Assembly (NCBI RefSeq): GCF_018398935.1
Contig: NZ_CP074694.1
Location: forward strand, 5,370,001-5,402,000
Direction of reading: 5' to 3'
DNA: 32,000 bases
Origin: Telmatocola sphagniphila
Lineage (GTDB): Bacteria > Planctomycetota > Planctomycetia > Gemmatales > Gemmataceae
The position numbers were made by a program, and so were the translations under genes. Shown piece by piece: positions 17,552-25,600 of the stretch. Each line of letters starts with the position of its first letter. Within the stretch, counting starts at the first letter, position 1. Below the pieces are notes generated by a model that was not told the origin of the DNA, did not search any database, and saw only the letters and a list, made by a program, of their open reading frames with translations.

Positions 17552-17645
17552 TACGCGACTTCACCCAATTCATATAAATGAATTAATATTCCGAGCAGCT
17601 GCGAAGCTTAAGCAGGCCAAACGGTAACTGGAAAGTAGGTTTTGA

Positions 17646-18518
17646 ATGGGGGAAATCAGCAAAAAACTCGCATCTCGACTTCAGAAAGCAAAAGATCGAC
17701 TTACCGATTTGAGCCGGCAACTGGCAACCGATTTTGCATGCGTTCCTAAAAATCCGACAGCGAGTAAAACTCTTGGTCCGTCCGACTTGGACCCGCTTCA
17801 CACCTTCTACATTGCGGGCCAAAATTTCGCCTCCTATTTTTCCGAAAAGGTTTCTCAGTTCCCTGAGCTCACGCCCTATTACGATATTATGGCTCAGGCT
17901 CAAGAGGAATACATGCCCAGCGCCCCTCCAATGAGTCCCTTAACTAATAGCTATTTCACGCTTTGGGCTTTTTTTGACATGAAATTTGGTCGGGATCAGG
18001 AAACGATCTCTCAATGCATTATGGATTTAGCTGGACCGCTGAAAATGGACGCTATCGCAAGCGAAACGATCCGCCGGATGCAAGCTTCTCGCATGGGAAT
18101 TTACGAAGTGATCGGCAAGGAAGGCAATCGCTGCAGAATGCGGGAATTGGTTACCGAAGATGAATTCGTTTGTCATGTGGCCAGTGGTTATCAAGGCTCG
18201 CGGGGAGAACTTTGGTATGTCCGCCTCGGCCCTCCACTGAACGAATGGTTCGATTATCATGTCGTCATAACTACTCCCTATGTTTTGTTGGGTGCCACGA
18301 AGGTCGACTGGGTAGCTTACTTGAAAAAGTCCATATTGGGTTCGTCTGATATGAGGAAAGCCCTTCATCAGTTCTTGAAATATGGAAAGGCGAGCGTTTC
18401 CCGAAAGGCCGACGAATCCTGGAATGAGTTTATCTTCCAAGCTTACCATCATCACAAAACGGAAGTAATCTTCTTGTCCGGAATTCCCGATGTAAAGGGA
18501 AGTCTCCCCCACGCCTAG
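17646..18518 (+). CDS. Hypothetical protein
   Basis: 290-aa ORF with non-repetitive, plausible protein composition. No recognised family. Confidence 0.65.
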   Translation: MGEISKKLASRLQKAKDRLTDLSRQLATDFACVPKNPTASKTLGPSDLDPLHTFYIAGQNFASYFSEKVSQFPELTPYYDIMAQAQEEYMPSAPPMSPLTNSYFTLWAFFDMKFGRDQETISQCIMDLAGPLKMDAIASETIRRMQASRMGIYEVIGKEGNRCRMRELVTEDEFVCHVASGYQGSRGELWYVRLGPPLNEWFDYHVVITTPYVLLGATKVDWVAYLKKSILGSSDMRKALHQFLKYGKASVSRKADESWNEFIFQAYHHHKTEVIFLSGIPDVKGSLPHA

Positions 18519-18639
18519 TTTTAGAGGGAAAAACCATACTCTCCATGCGAAAAACCTCGCCCCGTTTCTCGAAGATGGATTTTTTGCCGTGAATCATTCG
18601 CAATCTCGCAGATCTTGTCCGCCGCACACCCTTAAACGA

Positions 18640-19299
18640 TTAATCAAACGCTTCCTTGCCCAAAATTCTATCCACTACCCAGCAACCTTTGACATGCGGA
18701 CGATTACTACGGCAGTGCTGAATAATCTCTTGATCGTCGCAACCAGCCTCTTCGAGGGCCGTTGCGAGAAGGGGTAGATTATCGAAATTGCGATTGTCGT
18801 AACAATACTGGGCTTGTTCAAGTACTACCGGGCTCCTCCAACGTGTATCGAAAACATGTGGCCGAAATGGATGCCAGAAAACATCATGAATTAATTGAAC
18901 CAGTCGTGGACGACTTTCAATTCTACGAGCGGGACGATCATCACTCCAGAAGGCATCCAACAGAGCCGCCCAGGCATCGGCTTTTCTTGGAAACGACGCA
19001 TCAGCAGGCGCTATTGCGTTATATGTTTTATTTCCCGTGATGTCTGATTTGCTCAATTCAAATGCCACCTTTCGAGCGGCGTAGTAACATTGCTCCAATT
19101 CTTCCGAGGTCGCCAGACCATCCGCAAATTTTTCCGCCGTGATGACGGCAGCACGGCTTCTGCTATCTTCCAGGGAATTCCATATTGCACGACAGCAGGC
19201 ACAGGCAAAGAGTCGAAGCTTTCTGTGACAAGCTTGCGCCTGATAAAATTTCATCAACTCAAATGGAGAGTTACAGCGGAGCCATTCTTCCTCGGTCAT
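18640..19299 (-). CDS. Conserved hypothetical protein with a Cys-rich N-terminal motif and a C-terminal 'GCWVVD' motif
   Basis: EEWLRCNSPFELMKFY...RKLRLFACACCRAIW and ...LPLLATALEEAGCDDQEIIQHCRSNRPHVKGCWVVDRILGKE. I recall both blocks as recurrent in uncharacterised planctomycete/myxobacterial proteins. This was not database-checked. Confidence 0.75.
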   Translation of the reverse strand: MTEEEWLRCNSPFELMKFYQAQACHRKLRLFACACCRAIWNSLEDSRSRAAVITAEKFADGLATSEELEQCYYAARKVAFELSKSDITGNKTYNAIAPADASFPRKADAWAALLDAFWSDDRPARRIESRPRLVQLIHDVFWHPFRPHVFDTRWRSPVVLEQAQYCYDNRNFDNLPLLATALEEAGCDDQEIIQHCRSNRPHVKGCWVVDRILGKEAFD

Positions 19300-19646
19300 G
19301 AATCACTCCGGAACTCGCCTCTGAATTACGCAGAAATTGAAGAAGGGAATTGCTACTTCGTCATCTCCAATTTCAAAAGACACCGCTGTGATGTTTTGGG
19401 TTCGCCAGTCGAAAACAAAAAAACCAGTTGAAGACCGCTATTCTTTTTCCCCCCCGGCATTCGCTCTTTCACAAGATCATTTCTGCATATTTCTTTTACC
19501 AACGTAATTGAATGAGAACGTTTCAAACTGTGCGCGCTTTTCGGGCACAGCCGCTTTATCTAATATGAGAATTTCCGAGGGGAATTTCCGCTAAACCCTT
19601 GAAAATACAGCACTTTTTACCATGCCCAAAGCTGAGAAACTACTTT

Positions 19647-19662
19647 TGGCACGCTTCCTGCA
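19647..19662 (+). promoter_or_regulatory. Sigma-54 (-24/-12)-like promoter element
   Basis: TGGCACGcttcCTGCA versus consensus TGGCACG-N4-TTGCW (one mismatch in the -12 box). It lies ~110 nt upstream of the 19772 start codon. A 9-bp direct repeat gaatttccg occurs at 19568-19576 and 19582-19590 upstream. Confidence 0.35.
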
Positions 19663-19771
19663 TTAAGGCTTTCCGTCGGGTGTTAATTCCGACTATTTCG
19701 GTTGACGCACTAAATCCCTCCCGCGTCAGTTCCTACGCCGAAATATTTCGTTGCAATGGAGTATTTTGAGA

Positions 19772-20248
19772 ATGAAGAACTATCTTCCCATTTTGATGGC
19801 GTCGGTGTTATTGATTTTCGGGGCGGGAACGCTGTTGATTAGCGAGATGAATAAAGAACGAAATCCCGCCGGATTCCGCTATTTCGCCAGCGATGCCGAA
19901 GCCAAAGAAGTCATTAAAGAAGAATCGGATCGCGCAGTAAATCTCGAAGAAAAATTGAACGAAACGACCCTTCGAATCGCCACCCGCTTCGATGCCACGC
20001 GCAAACTGGTCATCGGGAAAATGAGCCTGCTCGCGACCGTCGAACTCTACAACGATTTAAATCGCCTGGCACACGATCCCACCCATCCGGAAGATGGCTG
20101 GGTTTCCGAGTTCGAACGCTATCACTGGATTTCGCGACAGATTCGTATGAACATTGTGCACGTCGTTCTGCCTGCGGAAAAGAAACAACTGTTGCCTCGC
20201 GTGCTGGCCGAACTGAACGCGCTGGATTGGGTGCTCGCGGATATGTGA
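19772..20248 (+). CDS. Hypothetical protein with an N-terminal signal-anchor/TM helix
   Basis: MKNYLPILMASVLLIFGAGTLLISE... from the ATG at 19772 (the ORF track starts at TTG 19751). No recognised family. Confidence 0.6.
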   Translation: MKNYLPILMASVLLIFGAGTLLISEMNKERNPAGFRYFASDAEAKEVIKEESDRAVNLEEKLNETTLRIATRFDATRKLVIGKMSLLATVELYNDLNRLAHDPTHPEDGWVSEFERYHWISRQIRMNIVHVVLPAEKKQLLPRVLAELNALDWVLADM

Positions 20249-20274
20249 TTTCAAACTTCTGCCTTAAACGCCAG

Positions 20275-20311
20275 CAGGGCGGGCTAACCTTTTTCGGATT
20301 AGCCCGCCCTG
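20275..20311. terminator. Bidirectional hairpin terminator between convergent genes
   Basis: Perfect 13-bp stem cagggcgggctaa / ttagcccgccctg with an 11-nt loop containing ttttt. It sits between the stops at 20248 (+) and 20338 (-). Confidence 0.6.
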
Positions 20312-20337
20312 CGTTGTTTAGTGGACAGTGGATCCGA

Positions 20338-22158
20338 TTAGAATCGGAACTCGATACCCGCACTGACCGACTGCAACCAGTAATCGGTCGACTTGTTCAG
20401 GTAAGTCGGTCGAGCCACGCCGGAGAGCGTACCGGGAGGAATTTGCGACGTGTTGATAACGGTATCGATCTGGTCACCCGGTCGCTGTACCGAGCTGACA
20501 TACAGCACGTTGTAACCGACGAAGGCTCGCGTGTTCTGGGTGATCTGGTAGCCGATGGTGCCACCCAGTTCCGGGAGGAAGGCGAAGCGGTCCTTGCTGT
20601 AGCTGCCGATGTTCGAAGGCAGGGCCAGCAGGCCACCGGTGCCGACCACGGGGGTCTGGCCGGGGATCTGAGCGACCGTGGCTCCGAAGATATTGACCTG
20701 GCTGTGCATGTCGCCGATCGCCACGGTACCGCGGTAACCGAAGATCCAGTTGTCGCGTCGGATTTCACCCGTCAGGCCAACCTGGCCGCCGTTGAAGTCG
20801 TTCTTGGTATTGAACGAATCGAGTACGGTGAACGTCGTTCCCAGGGGAGCCCGCACGCCGTTCGGATCGGTTGCCGTCAGGTTTTCCTGAACGCTCAGCG
20901 ATTCATCGAGTCGGAAATAGCGATAGCCGATCAGGAAATCCATCCGCGAACAAGGATCGCAGAAGAGGTTCTTGCGGAAGTTGAGGTCTCCGGTCCAAAC
21001 CTGACTGCTGGAGTTGACCTGCACGGTACCGGCCAAAACCGGCGACAGATTCGGGTTCAGGAACGATACCAGCTCCGTGAACTGGGTGCCGGTGACTGCG
21101 TTGAAGAACGGTCGGAACAGACCCGGGTTCCCCGCATTGCCGGCCACGAAATTGGCCGATTGCTTGGGAACATAAAGCAGGCTGAAGTCGATGCCGCAGG
21201 TGTTCTGGCTATCGAGCCAGCCGCCGCCGCGAATGCGGAAAGCCGACTGCCCGTTATCCAGGATGTTGCTGTTGCCGTACAGAATGCGGGTATTGGGATC
21301 GCCCAGCGTACCGGCGGTGGTTACCGGCAGCCCGGCGGGGGCCGTCGTGACCAGCGGCGGGATGGACATGCCCTTACCCCAGACCCAGGCGTACTCACCG
21401 CTCAGCCAGATCCGACCGTTAGGCCCGCAATTGCAAGGCAGATTGCAGGTGGCATCAGTCGTTCCACAGACTTCCGTGAGGAAGTCAGGTTTGGACTTCC
21501 TAATCACGCCGATCTGCGGCATAGTCTGGCTGATCACGCCCTGCTGAGGAACCGTTTGGATGATTCCCGTGCTGGCCGGTACGCTGCTGGGTGGAACGAT
21601 ACCCTGTTGAACGGTGGGAACGGTCGTCGTAATGACCGGGGCGGCCACGCCATCCGAATTGATCTTGGGGGCGGTGGGAGTACCGGGTTGAATAGCCGAC
21701 GGTACCGTCGTGGTCGGCATCAGGGAAGGAACCTGAGGTACCTTCTGGGGCACGACCATCGGAGCGGGAATCAATTCCTGCCCGGCGGCGGCGTAGCTGC
21801 TGGCGTCACCGGAACCGGAATAGTTGGTGGGCAGTCCGTTCGTGGTGGGGGTCGAGTTCCCCTGGAACATCATCGACAGCCCGGGCAGTGGCGTCGGCTT
21901 GAAGCTGTAGCCACCATCGCCTGCCCAACCGACTTGCACGATAACCGGTAAGTCGGACTTGGCGTATGGCTGTTTGTTGTTTGGATTGTAAGGAGTCAAG
22001 AGCCGGTACGATTGGGGCGTCGGCGGAGTTTGAGCTTTCGAGGGCAAGAGTTTCTCCGCCCAGTCGGCATCGATGCCGGAGCTTTGGGCCAGACTTACAC
22101 CTGGAGCGAACAGACACCCGGCCAATGCTCCATAGAGCGATCGTTTGAACTTTTTCAT
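20338..22158 (-). CDS. BBP7-family outer-membrane beta-barrel protein with a long Pro/Thr/Gln-rich N-terminal region
   Basis: Signal peptide MKKFKRSLYGALAGCLFAPGVSLAQ from the Met at 22158 (SD-like aagggga upstream; ORF open to 22185). WLSGEYAWVWGKGMSIPPLVTT block. Alternating beta-strand pattern. C-terminal ...GIEFRF aromatic terminus. Confidence 0.8.
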   Translation of the reverse strand: MKKFKRSLYGALAGCLFAPGVSLAQSSGIDADWAEKLLPSKAQTPPTPQSYRLLTPYNPNNKQPYAKSDLPVIVQVGWAGDGGYSFKPTPLPGLSMMFQGNSTPTTNGLPTNYSGSGDASSYAAAGQELIPAPMVVPQKVPQVPSLMPTTTVPSAIQPGTPTAPKINSDGVAAPVITTTVPTVQQGIVPPSSVPASTGIIQTVPQQGVISQTMPQIGVIRKSKPDFLTEVCGTTDATCNLPCNCGPNGRIWLSGEYAWVWGKGMSIPPLVTTAPAGLPVTTAGTLGDPNTRILYGNSNILDNGQSAFRIRGGGWLDSQNTCGIDFSLLYVPKQSANFVAGNAGNPGLFRPFFNAVTGTQFTELVSFLNPNLSPVLAGTVQVNSSSQVWTGDLNFRKNLFCDPCSRMDFLIGYRYFRLDESLSVQENLTATDPNGVRAPLGTTFTVLDSFNTKNDFNGGQVGLTGEIRRDNWIFGYRGTVAIGDMHSQVNIFGATVAQIPGQTPVVGTGGLLALPSNIGSYSKDRFAFLPELGGTIGYQITQNTRAFVGYNVLYVSSVQRPGDQIDTVINTSQIPPGTLSGVARPTYLNKSTDYWLQSVSAGIEFRF

Positions 22159-22670
22159 AAGTCCCCTTTTTTCACACTGAGGCATGGGTGGGGTGAAATG
22201 GGATTAGAGTCCCGTTCTCGCCCGGTTTCCCGAATCTACTGATTCGACCCGAATATCCCTGCTAGGCTGAACTATCGACAGTTCGGGATTATCACGTCGA
22301 AACGAAACGGTGAAAAATGGTTAAAAGCGTCAACTTAGGTAAACGCAAGATCGTTACAGTTTGACACCCGGAAAATCCGGACAGATGTGCTTGTAAAAGC
22401 CACTTGATCAATTTGACGATTATGACAGTTCTGCCGGCTATAGTACAGAAAAGGCGGTTGGTCAAAGCTGTGGCAACGGTTATGCGAGTTTTTCCAATCA
22501 ATCCGCTAGCATCCCGCCTGAAAATTGCTTTTTTGCTTAGAATCTCTATGCATTTCTGTAGAAAATAAGATTCCGAGTGAGGATTGACATCGTCGGAATT
22601 ACCGTGAGATGAGCTGGGAACGCTCAAAAGATCTTTTGTCCGTTATAAATTTTTATTCTGAGGTTCACAT

Positions 22671-25600
22671 ATGCGCTGGCTCCGGAAGTCTCTCTCGCAG
22701 GCGGTCCAAAAGTCCCTTCGCCTGCCGTCGCCTACGAGGAAAAATCATCTCCATGTTCAGGAGCTGGAATCTCGAGATGTGCCTTCGGTCAGCGGCTTAG
22801 TATTTCGGGATTACAACGCCAACGGGGTTCTGGATTCGCGTGAGCCGGGCGTAGCGGGCGTGACCGTGACCGCTTACGACATCAACAACAACGTTGTGGG
22901 CACGACGACTACCACCACGAACGGCACTTACAACCTCAACTTTGCCACGGTGTCCAATCGCCCGCTGCGCTTGGAGTTCACCAACTATGCCAGCTACCTT
23001 CAGCCTGGCGCTCAAGGCGCTAGCGCCGGAACCGACGTGCAGTTTGTGATCGATGGGGCTACAGGGGTGAATTTCGACCTCAATAACCCTCTGGACTACG
23101 CTCAAGCGGCTAGCCAGTTGACGATAGCGACTCAAGAATACGTTTACGGCAATCAGCTGACGGGAGCCAATGCCAATTCCCCCGTGCTGGTGAGTTTCAA
23201 CTATAACGCGGCCGGTCCAGCCAATAATGGCGGTTCGCCCTATACCGTTCTGGCGACGGCCAAGCAGATCGGGACGACCTGGGGCGAGACTTACCAGAAC
23301 ACTTCGAACACCATCTTCGTCTCGGCCTTCATGAAGAGTTATGCCGGGTTCGGTCCCGGGGGTCCCGGCGCCATCTATGCGGTGAACACGGTGACTGGGC
23401 AGGTCACCCTCCTTTACACCGTGCAAAATGTGGGCACCGATCCGCACCCGACCGATGCGACGAATGATGCCAACTGGTTCAACGACGTCAATTCCTTCGA
23501 TTCCGTGGGCAAAGTGGGTTTGGGCGGCCTGCAGATTTCCGCCGATGGGCGTTCGCTCTACACGGTGAACCTCAATACGAATCAGTTGGTGGTCATCCCG
23601 ATCACAGCTTCGGGGGCATTCGACGGTGGCCGCTCGGTTCAAACGTTTAACATTCCCAATCCGAACGCGGCTTTGGGAGCGGCTCGCGCGGGGGATATTC
23701 ATGCCTTCGCGGTTGCTCTGAACGACGGCACGATTTACGTCGGGGAAGTGGATAGCGCCCAGTCGTCTCAGAAAGCTTCGGACATGGCCGCTTATGTCTA
23801 CGCTTTCAATCCGGCCACAAACACCTTCAACACGACTCCCGTTTTGAATTTTCCGCTCAACTATAATCGCGGGGATGTGAACGTCGTCTCGGGAATCTCG
23901 GCCACCTGGAATCCCTGGATCTCGAGTTGGAATCAAAGTCTTGCTCTCAATGCGGGGAATCCACTTTTCCCCAGCTATCCGCAGGCGATGCTGACCGGCA
24001 TTACTTTCGATAACGGAAGTATGGTTCTAGGTTTCCGGGATCGTTGGGGCGATCAGACCGGATATAAGGTCGGAGCGCCTATTGCAGGAGATAATACACA
24101 ATACAGCGGTATTGCCGGGGGCGATATTCTGCGAGCTTCCCAGAATCTCAACGGCAATGGCGTGCCCAACGGTACGTTCACCATTGAGCCGCTGACCTAT
24201 CCGCCACAAACCAATGTCACCAAGTATTACACCGGCGCGAACTATCAGAACTTCCACGACGATATCGCCGAGGGCGGCGTCGTGCAGGTTCCCGGATTTT
24301 CCGATGTGATCACCTCCGCATTCGACCCGATTCAGGGTGGCTCGAAGTATACGGGCGGCGTGATTCATCTCAACGACACCACCGGAGTGCGGGTCGCTGG
24401 CGCGGACTATCAGTTATACGACGGTAGCAATCTGGCGGCTTTCGGTAAGGCCAACGGCATCGGTGATGTAGTCGCCTTGCAGTCTCCCGCACCTATCGAA
24501 ATCGGTAACCGCGTCTGGGCCGACACCAACGGCGATGGTATTCAGGAAGCTGGCGAGCCGGGCATCAATGGTATAACAGTCGATTTGCTGCTGAACGGCA
24601 ACGTCATTCAGACGGCTACAACCAGTAACGGAGGCCAGTATTACTTCACTGGTCTCCTGCCGAACACCAACTATCAGGTTCGGATCGATCCGAATCAAAC
24701 TACTTTGACCAATGACGGCCTGACCACTCTCACCCAGGCCAATGTCGGCAGTGCCACCGATCCGAACATCAATTCGAAGGCCACCCTTGTTGGCGGTCTG
24801 GCAGTCATTAATCTGACCACCGGCGGTCCGGGTAACAATGACTACTCTTTCGACGTCGGTTTCACCACTCCGCCGGTTGCTAATGTCACGGTGAAGAAAG
24901 TCGCGGATAATCCGACGGTTGTTGCTGGGGCTCAAGCCGGCTACACGCTGACCATCACCAACACCGGCCCGGCTACAGCCACGGGCGTAACGCTGAGCGA
25001 TCCATTACCCGCTCTGGGCGGAAATAATGTCTGGGCTATCGATCCCGCCAGTACGAATGCCGGTTCGTTCACCATCACAGGTTCCGCCGGCAGCCAGTCG
25101 CTGACCTTCTCCTCCAGTGTGAGTACTCTGGCCGTCAACACGCCGCTCGTCGTTCACGTTGTCGGTACGACGACGCCGACCGCAGCGGCCGGATTTACCA
25201 CCACGCTGACGAATACCGCTACGGTCAACGCGACCAACGAAACTGTTCACAACCAGACTTCGACGGCTACGGTTACCGTGCTTTCGCCTGATGTCACCGT
25301 GACCAAGACGGCCGATGCCGCCACTATCAATGGCGGTCAAACGGCTGGCTTCACAGTTACGATCAACAATATCGGTGCCGGTACCGCCAATGGCGTGACC
25401 CTGGTCGATGCATTGCCGAACCTGGGAACTGGTACCACCTGGCAGATCGATAATACGATTGGTAATCCGGCCTCCTTCGTACTCGGCGGAACGGCCGGCG
25501 CTCAGACGCTGTCGCTGGTCAACGGCACCAACCTGGCTGCGGCCGGTTCCTTGAAAGTGCATATCACCGCGGTATCCGTACCCGGTCTGGCTCCCTTCAC

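Noticed and set aside
17567-17584. AT-rich palindrome aattcat-ataa-atgaatt upstream of the 290-aa ORF
   Set aside because: The arms are only 7 bp in an AT-rich stretch. This is easily a chance occurrence, and there is no second copy.
17120-17627. ORFs 17120-17416, 17125-17346 and 17373-17627 (+)
   Set aside because: Their translations are odd (Cys/Arg-rich, no start context). They overlap each other and the inverted-repeat element, so the region is better explained as non-coding.
20227-21951. 574-aa plus-strand ORF
   Set aside because: It lies antisense to the BBP7 barrel gene. It is Arg/Gly/Ala-rich with no motifs, while the minus-strand product has a signal peptide, BBP7 blocks and a C-terminal Phe.
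22292-22627. 111-aa minus-strand ORF between the BBP7 and adhesin genes
   Set aside because: It has no ribosome-binding context or motif and lies in the divergent regulatory region. It is most likely a chance ORF, though a small protein cannot be excluded.
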